A DNA stretch of 63,160 nucleotides, the filler included, from Octopus bimaculoides (taxonomy: Eukaryota), in the NCBI RefSeq assembly GCF_001194135.2. It is 5 parts of 5 records of this genome, joined end to end, with 100 filler letters (N's around TTAATTAATTAA, not from the genome) between each part and the next. Parts side by side here need not be neighbours in the genome. Positions count along the whole stretch, not along the records: positions 34,207 to 43,219 come from NC_068997.1; positions 43,320 to 59,489 come from NC_068999.1; 3 more parts are not named here. One strand, given 5' to 3'. Shown one piece after another: positions 41,540-54,007 of the stretch (position 1 is the first letter of the stretch; each line of letters starts with the position of its first letter). The notes below the pieces were generated by a model that was given only the letters and a program-made list of their open reading frames with translations, was not told the DNA's origin and made no database searches. Both the position numbers and the translations under genes were made by a program.

Positions 41540-41782
41540 CTGACGTTTCCTATTGTTGTTGTCGCTGTTGTTGTTATTGTTCTAGTTGTTCTTGTTGTGG
41601 TGGGAGTAGTGGTGGGAGTAGTGGTGATGTTAAAGGGGGTGTTGATTTTGTGGGAATTTTAGTGACGTTGGTAGCTGCGGGGAAAGTTGTAGTGGTGGTA
41701 ATCGTGTTGACAATGATAGTGGTGGTGGTGGTGTTGGTGGTGGTGGTGGCGGTGGTGGAAGAGCAGCTGCTGCTGCTGTTAG

Positions 41783-41830
<48 letters not shown>

Positions 41831-41870
41831 CACCACCACCACCACCACCACCTTCACCACCACCACCACC

Positions 41871-41945
<75 letters not shown>

Positions 41946-42125
41946 GTTGATAGATTGTTTCCGTTAAATTATTGTTTATATTGTTGGCGTTCATTATAAT
42001 GAAAAGTGTTATGGTGATGGTAGACGTAGTGATGCAGCAGCGGTAGTGGTAGTAGTGATGGTGGTGGTGGTGCTGATTGCAGTGGTATTGCCATCATGAT
42101 GATGATGACGACGACGATGACGGTG
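41540..42125. repeat. Compound triplet microsatellite (GTT/GGT/GCT/CTA/CCA/GAT)
   Basis: Directly visible; explains the poly-L, poly-P and poly-V ORFs. Confidence 0.9.
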
Positions 42126-42359
42126 ACAAGGTAGAAGTGAAGATGAAAGTTGAAATTTCCACTAAGAAATTTGAATACGTCTGTCTCTCTGTTCGATTTA
42201 TACCACAATATATTTCTTGGTTTGGCGGTAAGCTGGCAGAACCATCAGCACATCAGAAAAAAATGCTTAGCAACATTTCTTTTCTTAGGGACACTGTCTA
42301 GAAAATTCTCAGGTTTCCTCATATTTTTTTCGCGTATTTCACTAAATATCTGTTTACAG

Positions 42360-42459
42360 AGCAAGTATCAAATACTTCTTGCGGTGATTATGGAAACTGT
42401 ACCTTCAGAAGATATTGAAAAAGTATTGCAGAAACAGAAGATATCAAATCTATTTTCTG
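42360..42459 (+). CDS. Candidate internal exon of unknown protein
   Basis: Acceptor ctgtttacag|; open frame SKYQILLAVIMETVPSEDIEKVLQKQKISNLFS; donor TCTG|GTAGAT. Confidence 0.25.
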
Positions 42460-43319
42460 GTAGATAATTAACCTCATTATGAGAATGACCAGGAAATTTA
42501 ATTACTCAGACAAGGGGTGAATTTATTCAGCAATAACTAGAAACCATTGTCGGCTAATTCAAGAGGTCATTCTTTAAAACTAAAGACGGGGGTGGGGGAA
42601 GATTAAATCAAGTGCATTCTCTTACTAAGAAACGCAGTCGGTCATAAGAATCGTTAAAGGGTCCAAGAAACGCTTTTTGTCTTTTGAGTTCAAATCCCGG
42701 AAAAGTTCACTTAGCTATTTATTCCTCTTTGATTGAGGAATAAAAAAAAACAATCAATACTCTTTTTCTTCGTCACAAACACACACTTTCTCTCTCACTC
42801 CTTCCTTCCGTCCCCCGCAGTTGAGTACACTGCACTGCAGTTGGGAGAGGCGACAGAGTGGGGATTTCACTCTGTCTCATTTTGCCATGTATGGAACGAG
42901 ATTCAGCTAGGTTAAAGACAAGCAATATTCTATCATGTAACAAGTTACAAAAGCTACCCTGCAGAATCATAAACATGGCGGGCGTACAAGAACAGATGTG
43001 TTGCACAGGAGGCAACAGGGAATCCCCCCCCCCACCACCACCACCTCTTACTAGCTCAAATGTTTTTACATTAGCGACACCAGATGTTTCTCAGGTTTTA
43101 AGCTTTACACGCATGCGTTTTCATGAGAACGTGTAATTTAATTGTTCAGGTGTAAATTACACGAGGAAAGAAAGAAAGAAACAAAGAAACAATTAATTTC
43201 ATGGAGAAAGTAGTCAAATNNNNNNNNNNNNNNNNNNNNNNNNNNNNNNNNNNNNNNNNNNNNTTAATTAATTAANNNNNNNNNNNNNNNNNNNNNNNNN
43301 NNNNNNNNNNNNNNNNNNN

Positions 43320-43590
43320 AGTGGGCAAATCCCATTCCTATCGTTGCGTTTGATTGTTTCAAACTTCTTCATAGCTCCTTTGTAAACCCTGATCCTTTCT
43401 TTATGGCTGTAACCCGAGAACTGCATGCGGTGGACGAAATGTTGTATATGTCTCTTTAATTCTGTAGGGTCGCACATGCAGGAGACATTTCGCATTACTC
43501 TGACGAGGTCTGCCATCAATATGTTGAATTTGGCATTGTCCGCAATAGCCGAGTTCCGGTGGGTCAGGTACTTGGAGGCCATATACTTGG
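43320..43590 (-). mobile_element. Penelope-like element RT C-terminal fragment, open reading frame cut by the scaffold gap
   Basis: MASKYLTHRNSAI...LVRVMRNVS...HFVHRMQFSGY...DRNGICP follows the PLE pattern MAS..SA...LR.LRN.S...F..RM..SGY...D..G..P (recalled family pattern). Confidence 0.7.
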
Positions 43591-43781
43591 AGGCTATATA
43601 TATATATATATAGATAGATAGATAGATAGATACATAGATAGATAGGGAGTAGAGAGACTGGAGGTGAAAGGGACAGAGAGGCAGAATGAGAGAGATAAAG
43701 GGAGAATGATTCCCGTGTATTGGACTGATAGAATTTTCAGAAAGTCAGAAAATGCCTCCAGGTATTTTTCTAGATATTTAC

Positions 43782-43940
43782 ATTCTGAGATCAATTCCCT
43801 CACGAAGTCGACTTTGTGTTTGTTGTCTGCGGGTGTAATCGAAAATATATTAAACAAGCCCTCGATTGATGACGTCGACGATGAATCCCACTCTAGATCG
43901 GTGGCCATTTGTCTAAACTGGGCAAGACAATAATATATCT
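43782..43940 (-). CDS. Candidate 159-nt phase-1/phase-1 exon of unknown protein
   Basis: Long polypyrimidine tract tttctctctgtccttcgctccctctatctttag|; IYYCLAQFRQMATDLEWDSSSTSSIEGLFNIFSITPADNKHKVDFVRELISE; possible donor AAT|GTAAAT; the frame stays open beyond it. Confidence 0.35.
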
Positions 43941-44244
43941 CTAAAGATAGAGGGAGCGAAGGACAGAGAGAAACTAGTAATGGTCATAAACTCACTTAGA
44001 CTTCATAGAAATATTTATTTACATGGACCAGGGAAAATACAGAAGAAAAGTATTGAGTAAGATAATACATAGGTACAATACTCGACAGCTGTTTCAGGAA
44101 AACACAGATCAGGATAACGATAATGATCATGATTTGTTGATGAAATATGCAAATCACGGGAATGTAACTGCTTATCGCTCAAATCCAGTTAAAATAAGTC
44201 TAGCTCCTCTCATTAAAACAATATTGTCAATATATATATATATA

Positions 44245-44440
44245 TATTCTTTTACTTGTTTCGGTCATTTGACTGCGGCCATGCAGGAGCACGACCGTTA
44301 GTCGGACAAATCGACCCCAGAACCTATTTCTTTGTAAGCCTAGAACTTAATATGTCAGTGACATTTGCCGAACCGCTATTCTTACAGGGGATGTAAAGAT
44401 ACTAAATCGGTTGTCAAGCGATGGAGGGGAACAAACACAG
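44245..44440 (-). mobile_element. SINE family 2 tail fragment
   Basis: Reverse complement of the 45000-45197 region. Confidence 0.8.
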
Positions 44441-44789
44441 ACACACACAGACACTCACAAGTATATAAATAAACACACACACACTCACACATACAGACAC
44501 GCACACACTCACGCACGCACGCACACACACACTCACACATACACACACACACATACACACACACTCACTCACACACACACACACACACATACACGCACAC
44601 ATACACGCACACACACAGACATTCACACTTCGGAGCAAAGTAATCAGCTAACAGCCGTAATTTAACAAAATTAGCGATCCTGAAAATATTGAAATATCAG
44701 GCAATAGTACAAACCAACGACCAGCACCTCTATTATTCAGTGTTTGTAACTTGCATTTATTTGGCTTTACAAGATAGTTTTAATAGACT

Positions 44790-44943
44790 CCTGCGCGTAG
44801 CTAAGTAACTTGCTTACCTACCACATGGTTCTGGGTTCTGTCCCACTGCGTGGCATCTTGGGCAAGTGTCTTCTATTATAGCCTCGAGTCGACAAAACAC
44901 TTGTGAGTGGATTTGGTAGACGGAAACTGAAAGAAGCCCTTCG

Positions 44944-44976
<33 letters not shown>

Positions 44977-45197
44977 GTCTGTGTGTGTTTGTGTGTCTCT
45001 GTTTGTCCCCCCAACATCGCTTGACAATCGATGCTGGTTTGTTTACGTCCCCATATCTTAGCAGTTCAGCATAAGAGACCGACACAATAAGTTCTAGGCT
45101 TACAAAGAATAAGTCTTGGGGTCGATTTGCTCTACTAGTGGCGGTGCTCCAGCATGGCCGCAATCAAATGATTGAAACAAGTAAAAGAGTAAAGAGT
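44790..45197 (+). mobile_element. SINE family 2, near full length
   Basis: Aligns with 17466-17860. Confidence 0.85.
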
Positions 45198-45222
45198 AAA
45201 AGAGTATATATGCGTGTATGTG

Positions 45223-45263
<41 letters not shown>

Positions 45264-46069
45264 TTTTGTGCTTGTGTGTGTATAAATATACGTGTACGTA
45301 TGTACTGCCAAATATATATGTATGCATATGTTTGTATGTGTATATGTATATATGTATTTATACACGTCTAGCGAGACAGAAACTTGGTGGGATTTAGAAA
45401 GACAGACAAAAATAGTCAAATACACAAAAACAATGAAGTCGAGACATTGAATCCAAGCTCAGGGAGTGAAATGTGCCTCGCAACCGAGAAATATATATAT
45501 ATATGTGTGTGTATGTATATGAATATATATGTATATATGTATATATATATATATANNNNNNNNNNNNNNNNNNNNNNNNNNNNNNNNNNNNNNNNNNNNN
45601 NNNNNNNNNNNNNNNNNNNNNNNNNNNNNNNNNNNNNNNNNNNNNNNNNNNNNNNNNNNNNNNNNNNNNNNNNNNNNNNNNNNNNNNNNNNNNNNNNNNN
45701 NNNNNNNNNNNNNNNNNNNNNNNNNNNNNNNNNNNNNNNNNNNNNNNNNNNNNNNNNNNNNNNNNNNNNNNNNNNNNNNNNNNNNNNNNNNNNNNNNNNN
45801 NNNNNNNNNNNNNNNNNNNNNNNNNNNNNNNNNNNNNNNNNNNNNNNNNNNGTGTGTGTGTGTGTGTATGTATATATATATATATACATATACTTAATGG
45901 AGGGCACAGCGAAACCTCACGCCCGTCTCCCTGCTTCAGGCGAATCATTCAAACTTTTTGGCCTGTCTATCGGTGTCCCTGACCAACAAGCATATGTCAT
46001 CCCAGGCTCTCAAGTAACAGCTTTTCATAAAATTCACCCGCAGGCAATGTATTCTAACTTATCTCCTTT

Positions 46070-46114
<45 letters not shown>

Positions 46115-46739
46115 TTCTCGCTCCCTCATTTTAAAAGATACTTCAAGTAAATGGTGAGAATTTTACTCGATTGATTAAACNNNNNNNNNNNNNNNNNNNN
46201 NNNNNNNNNNNNNNNNNNNNNNNNNNNNNNNNNNNNNNNNNNNNNNNNNNNNNNNNNNNNNNNNNNNNNNNNNNNNNNNNNNNNNNNNNNNNNNNNNNNN
46301 NNNNNNNNNNNNNNNNNNNNNNNNNNNNNNNNNNNNNNNNNNNNNNNNNNNNNNNNNNNNNNNNNNNNNNNNNNNNNNNNNNNNNNNNNNNNNNNNNNNN
46401 NNNNNNNNNNNNNNNNNNNNNNNNNNNNNNNNNNNNNAGTGTACAAAAGCTATACATAAAACAATAAAACGAACAGCATCATGAGCGACAACAACGAAAG
46501 ACGCATTTGGTTCGTGTCAATAGAATGCATATGGACATAAAGTCCGGGACGGTCATAGCTTCACCGTTTTCCGTTGCAGGGTTACCTAATGCTAAATGCT
46601 TTTGCTGCTGCTGCTGCTGCTGCTTCTCCCCCTCCTCCTCCTCCTCCTCCTCCTCCTCCTCCTACTACTACTACTACTACTACTAGTTAGCTAGCTAGCT
46701 AAAGAGAACAGTAGATTTATGGCTGACCTTGAAGAATCT

Positions 46740-47815
46740 GGAAGATGTTGCTGCTATTTCAAGCAAGAGAAACTTCTGAGCGGATACCGTCATTGCTAGA
46801 AGCAGCAGACAAATTTCCAAGTGGTTTTACTTTCTTAGAAAATGCAAAACTTATTACTCCTCTCCTGGAAACTATAAATAGAGGAAAAAGTTGGACGTTC
46901 ACAGGTGAAGTACCTTTGAAATTATGTCTCATCGATAAGGTACAACTTATGGGGAAACAACCACAGCAGTAAATCAAAGACGAAATCTTAACTCTAAGTC
47001 CCTGCCAATTAATCATGCCCATGTTGATTGAAGCAGCAAAGTTTAGGGTAAGAATTGTGAAAGGTCGCACAGATTTCCCTTTTTGCAGTGCTCCAGCCTG
47101 CTTTGTGCCCCCGTGCTACTTCTGGAATGTGGATCCGTTCATTGTTTATCATGGTCAGTAAAATATTTTCTGGGTGTGCGAAGAAAACATTCCGTTGTAT
47201 AACAGGAAATACTTTGTCTCGTACCGTTTGATCCTTTTCTCTCGAAGACTCAATTGTCATGAACACTATTTTCCGGGGAAGAGTTGCGTTTAATTGTGAA
47301 CCACATTAGCACATAGACTTACATTTTGTAAGCAACATTCAATTTCATCGTGCTAGAAGGATTCGCAGTGGCAATATACAGCTGTAGCATACAATTTGCA
47401 GTTGTAAAACATCGAAAATGCGCCATTTTATCGGGATTTCATGCCATTTCAGATGATCACCTCCCTTCAAAAGAGACTGGTGAATATCAATAAGGTATTT
47501 TTGATCAATACTGAGATCGTTTCTATCTATTGATGGTAAGTCCGTTCAAATTTAATTAAACTTCACAACACTTTGTGTTTCACATCGCTGCAGTCTCTTT
47601 CTTACCAATCGGTTCAATAAATCCACGAGGCCCGGTAGTTTTTTCGTTCATTTCGTTTTGAAGATAGTGTAAGGGAAGCTTATTTGCATGGGGCCTATAC
47701 ACAAACCAATGTAATGGCTTCTTCAATTTATCCTCCAAACATCTAATGGAGCCATTTACATTGTTTGATTTAATAATTCTTTCTAATTTTGGTAGAAGTC
47801 CAGCAATAGTGAAGC
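46740..47815 (-). pseudogene. hAT-superfamily (hATm-like) transposase remnant
   Basis: IRCLEDKLKKPLHWF; HANKLPL; GPRGFIEPIGK; LSIDQKYL; AHFRCFTTANCMLQLYIATANPS; MWFTIK; PVIQRNVFFAHPENILLTM; LNFAA..MINWQ. Many frameshifts; subgroup assigned from recalled motifs. Confidence 0.75.
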
Positions 47816-48396
47816 TTGGGTCTAAGGCGATTACGACCGAACCTGGTCCTTGACTGGTATTTTATTTTATCGACACCGAGGCAATGGATCGCAAAGTTGA
47901 CCTCGCACGTATCTGAACTCAGAACGTAAAGTCCTGCAATAAATACCATTAAGCATTTTATCGGACACTCTAATGATTCTCCCAGCTTTCAGCCTTATGG
48001 TTCGTGGTATTAAAAGAAGATATTTCACTACAACAATCTATCATTCGAGTTCAATCCCAACGTGGTCATCGATGTTGATAATTTGCGAACTGCTCCATAA
48101 AATCAGTCACAATACGCTTTGATTAACCTTTTTTCGAACTCCCAGGTCGTCGTCGGAGTCATTATGTCTTTATGTTGATCTACGGATGTTATTGTTCTGC
48201 TTGCTGGTGATAGGAGTTCTTTTGTTTTGTTTTTTTTTGTTTTCTTTTTTGTCATTGCTCTTATATATTTCTTGATTTTTCAGACGTCTTCTATTCCAAA
48301 CAGAAAATAGGATACAAAAAAAATAAAAGTTGATAACAATAATAATCATGATGATGATGAAAACTACAACAAGAATAACAACAAAAACAATAATGA

Positions 48397-48499
48397 GAAG
48401 AAGAAGAAGAAGAAGAAGAAGAAGAAGAAGAAGAAGAAGAAGAAGAAGAAGAAGAAGAAGAAGAAGAAGAAGAAGAAGAAGAAGAAGAAGAAGAAGAAG

Positions 48500-48529
<30 letters not shown>
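48397..48529. repeat. Pure (GAA)n tract, about 44 units
   Basis: Directly visible. Confidence 0.95.
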
Positions 48530-48531
<2 letters not shown>

Positions 48532-49757
48532 GCGAAACACTACGCAGTGGGTAGGTGGCTAATGTTGCTGGTAACGGAGGCACTGCGGCCCAAACCACAT
48601 GGTGTTAGGTCTCAGTAAATCAATATTGATCTAGAACCATCTGCTCGTGTATGATCATCATACGGAAAAAAATACAAAACAAGTAGTCGACACATACAGA
48701 GAAATAGGGAAGCAAAAAAAAAAAAAAAAAATTGTAGATTCTACATATCTTGTGATATGCGTACAATGCAGTTTCCTTCAGCTAGGCAGCGAGCAAATAT
48801 ACCCATGTACATAAATATGCATATATTATCTATTCATATATTTGCGTCAGCTGAAATAAGACTACAAACATATAAATATATAGGCAAGCACGTTTATATT
48901 TACACTTACAGGTATTGCCATATATTCGCTCATTCATATGCATTGACAGGGACATACATTAGCATACAATTCCAGACACAGATACGTGTNNNNNNNNNNN
49001 NNNNNNNNNNNNNNNNNNNNNNNNNNNNNNNNNNNNNNNNNNNNNNNNNNNNNNNNNNNNNNNNNNNNNNNNNNNNNNNNNNNNNNNNNNNNNNNNNNNN
49101 NNNNNNNNNNNNNNNNNNNNNNNNNNNNNNNNNNNNNNNNNNNNNNNNNNNNNNNNNNNNNNNNNNNNNNNNNNNNNNNNNNNNNNNNNNNNNNNNNNNN
49201 NNNNNNNNNNNNNNNNNNNNNNNNNNNNNNNNNNNNNNNNNNNNNNNNNNNNNNNNNNNNNNNNNNNNNNNNNNNNNNNNNNNNNNNNNNNNNNNNCATA
49301 CATAATTATCTTAGACTTTTTCAGTTATTGGCGTGCGGCAATGTTGGGATACCACCTTGAAAAGTTTGGTCAAACAAATCGGACCCCGTATTTATTTGTT
49401 AAAGGCATGGTACCTATCTTATGCATCTCTTGTGCGGAAGCACATTTTTACAAGAAACGTAAAGTAATAAACACCGGTTATTAAGTTGGGGGACATATAT
49501 ATAGAGAAAGACATACATATGCACAACTCTCCCAACCCTACATGAACACGCACACACACACACACGCACATACACTCATACACACACACACATATAAGTA
49601 AATAAGTAAANNNNNNNNNNTAATCCGTTTGTCTGTCCTTGTTTGTCCCCTCTGTGTGTAGCCCCTTGTGGGTAGTAAAGAAATAACATATATAAGTAAA
49701 TATTCGAATGAATATTCATATAGATATTATTATTATCATCATCATCATCATTATTAC

Positions 49758-49818
<61 letters not shown>

Positions 49819-49965
49819 TGTAAAGAATAAAATATTTTGAATGACACAATGCACTATAATACAAACAATGGACTATAAGAACTGTTGTAATTTAATCACC
49901 CATGGTCTTTACTTTAATTGTTTACAAACAATATACAATGCTTCAAGTGAACTACAATACTCTCC

Positions 49966-50032
<67 letters not shown>

Positions 50033-50335
50033 GTTCAGTAGTTTTATTTTCATAACGTGCTTTCACTTCACTACCGAGTGCCGCTCTGTGTGCCTTGGGT
50101 ATGTGCTCTGATTTTCTGTGATGCTCTCATGGTTACTGTATTGAAAGTGTTTTTCGTAGGATGTGTACAGTGCCCAGTCGTGCAAATTTATGTATGTTAT
50201 ATATATATGTGTATGTCCTGCTGTTTTTGTTATGTATTTGTCTGAATATTTTCTTATTATACCTAAGACACCTACTATGATAGGAATTGTTTCTGTTTTT
50301 AGATTCCACATTCGAGTTACCTCTATTTCCAGGAC
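50033..50335 (-). mobile_element. R4/Dong second-subfamily 3' end with a TAA tail
   Basis: LEIEVTRMWNLKTETIPIIVGVLGIIRKYSDKYI; 3' UTR homologous to 29280-29397; abuts (TTA)n at 49968-50033. Confidence 0.85.
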
Positions 50336-52287
50336 TTTGTATTTTGGTTTACCTGCAACTAAACCAAAAAATCAACTCACTCTAAAACTCATACATAATG
50401 ACCGATAATGTAATACAATCTATAACGGTTTGTTAGCGAGGTAGTATGTCCTCTCTAGCGTGTCTTAGATATACTTATTCATTTACTGAAATCAAGATCT
50501 CTATGTTACCGTGACGAAGTTTTTTCAGGTCATTGTGGTTACTCTCGTGGTTGATTTTGCTGTTACTGTTATTATTGGGTTAGTGTTCCTGGTAAGTACG
50601 GTAATACAGGCAGTATGAAACCCTGATTGAGCAAACAAATGATCAATGGCATACGAGTGATGAATCTCTAGTCATATTATCAAACGTAATTTAATCTGGA
50701 AAGAAGGAGAATAAAACGGAAAAAACTACATCATATATCGAATGTACATACATCCTTGTATGATTGTATAATGAAGAGACTTTACGATGACCATATTTGG
50801 AATAAGCTTAAACAGATATAGGTACTATCAATACTATTCATTATTTTGTAGTTCTAATCTACATAAGTTAAGTCAGAAGCAGCCTAGTGCTGGTTTAGCA
50901 TTTTCTCTCTCAAGAAATCACGTGTAGTTTATCCCTATAGATTAATTTTGGAAGGTCCTAAAAGAAGCTTAATTCGTCTCGCTAGGACACAGTGCTCTAA
51001 AATTATTGGCAAAACTTTGCTTCATTATAAAATTCACCCTTTGTTATAAGGGACCACAGTGACTTCTGTGGTGAGGAAAAGATGACTGTAACGGTTTATT
51101 ATTCAAATTATATTGGCAACAAACGGTGATAGTGTCAAATCTTATTAGACACCTCAAGTGAAGCACAGACTTAATTTTAATTGCCGAACGAATGAGAGGG
51201 ATCTTCTACTTGGTTGCTTTTCAACTAGAAAAGTCAACAGAAAATGTCATAGGGCTAAGAGAGTTTTTAAAAGGGAAATGTGATGTGGTTTAGGGAATAC
51301 CTGCTCAGTTTGTTACGGCTAGAATGCATTTCTTCGTGTAAGGCAATGTTCTTTTACTTTTTGCAAAGATGACGAAGAAAGGCAATCTATCAAGTTGCTA
51401 GGAAAACCTATCCATGATGCTGCGTGGTTCTTCTTGCTGACTTCATTTTGTTGTGTTCAAATGAGTGTCAAGCTATGAAATCCAATACAACTCTTTAGAC
51501 TAAGGCATTTGGCCATAACGGCAGTGGTTACCAGCAAGCTGTAAGTTTTACATTCGAGTAGCGTTCTTCTGTGTGAATTGCTTTAGAGGCCTCTAGATCT
51601 CAGTCCACTCTGGATTTACTGAAGTGTGTCAAAGATGTCTCCATGTAGACTGAGGTGCTCCACTGCTTAATTTGCTGTCGCCGTTGACTCCTCTTGACTT
51701 ATCCTTTTTCATGTTACTTACTAGGCAGCAAGGGATTTTGCATAAATTTTCTACTACAACTTGCTAATTAGCTCATTGATGGAACCCTAAAAAATGTTTC
51801 TAATCCGGAACAGCGAAGACCAGGAAACAACAGATTCTAAAAGATGGTTTCACATTCTTCAAAGCCTTGGAACTCCAAAAGTAGGACCGCACTATCACAT
51901 GCATTTTGAATCAATACTCAAGAATAATTTCGTCATTGGCCTACATGAGTATGATAAACCTGTGGTTAAACTACGACAGCAAATATCGATAAGAACATAA
52001 TTTATTTCATGAGCAATATACAGGAGGGAACAATTTCATATTAAAGCAATATGGGGTGGTATAGAACCGATTAAATCGACATCAATATAATTTATAGCAA
52101 GTGGCTGCTGAATTTTTCACAGAAAAAACAAGAGATGCTGCAAAATTTTCGACATTTAAAGCCATGAACGAATTCAAATAAACTGTTGTTATTAATTGAC
52201 AAATCGACTCCAAATCTCACGTTGTATAGAATTATAGTAAGAATGAAAAAATGCATTACTCAAATAACCGTGCGTGTGTGTGCGTGC

Positions 52288-52339
<52 letters not shown>

Positions 52340-53931
52340 TTGAGTATGTCTCTGTCGCGTCTGTATGTGTTCTTACCGTCTCGTGACGTCTAAGGAAAGT
52401 GATCAAGCTGAAACCTCGAAATTACTATCACCAATTCAAGAAAAAATAAGTACTCTAGGAAAACAGATTCAGAGATCTTTTAGTTTTATGCCTAACAATT
52501 TTTATAACTTGACATAAAAACAAGCATTAATCACGCTCTCATTCTACTTATCTATCTGCACAAACGATACGTACACACACACGCACGCACACACACACAC
52601 ACACACACGCACACACACACACACACACACACATACACACACACAAAAGAGACACAAAGAAGTAAACGTATATCCGTCTCTGTGACATGTATGTGAATGA
52701 AAATAAAATAATATGAATGTATATTATATTCGTAAACACAAACTATAAAACACACACACACACATACATACAATTGCTTTTAAATAAGATGATAACCTAA
52801 CTACATGGCACCTATTTTGCATATGGGTTTTGTGAGCCAGTGAGAGTTAAGTGTCTCAGCTCAGCCAAGCGCAAGACACAACCGTGACACAGAACCTCGC
52901 TTTTTTATTTAACCAGTTTGTCGATCTCGTCCATTTAAATTCAGACAGCAAATAATATAAGAATATATAAGACGACATTTCGCTACAACTGCCAACTCAG
53001 CGGTTTGTCAGTAATGGGAGTTATGTTTCATCACATCTACTTACGCCATTTTTACATTGTTTCTTTGTATGAAAATTAAAGTATATCTCGTTGCGCATGC
53101 GCTTTTGCTATTCTATCATTAGTTCACTTTATTTTGTCAAAATGTCTGCCATTTATCGATCGTTGTATGAATAATTCTTGGCGTTTCTAAGTATACTATT
53201 CAATAATAGTAAAATATATTTTACGCGATAGTTAGAAGTACGTTTATAACGACTTTCTAGAGTTTGTCTATGGCACTCTACGACACTTTCATTTTATTTC
53301 TTTTCTTACTGTAACCTCACTCACTTCTTCACCATCTCGTGCTCATTGTATTGTGAAAGTCGTAAAATTCTTATCTGCTCTTCGGTCAGCAGCGGGTGTA
53401 ATGTTGAGAAATATAGCTAATTTTCCATTTCCGCTGGCGAGCAAGTGACTATCTGGCTGTAACAAGAAACGTGATTGGTCATAATTGCAAATATAGATTC
53501 GTTCAGCTTCATGGAAGCTGTACGAAGTAAAAAGGTGAAGTAGACTAAATTGAAGACGTCATTATAACTGCATTTCCAGCGGAAATCACGTCAGTTTCTC
53601 AAGTGAGTTGATTTTCGAAGAAAGCAATTCCAACGCAAAACGGGGTGAAATGTCCTTTTCTTCCGTAGTCTGTCCATGTTGTCAGTGCGATGTTCAGGTG
53701 ACACAGTGTGTTCAATTGGCCACAATGGGGAACACTTTTCGCGAACAATTGAATCGTTTGCAAAGCAACATAGAATTAGCATAAACGTCTCTATGCATTG
53801 GATTATATGCATAAAAAAAAATAAACGCCTTCGAAATAATAATAATAATAATAATAACAATAATAACAATAATACAAATGATAATGATAGTAATAATAAA
53901 GCAACAAAAATAACAACTTCTTTTAATAATG

Positions 53932-54007
<76 letters not shown>

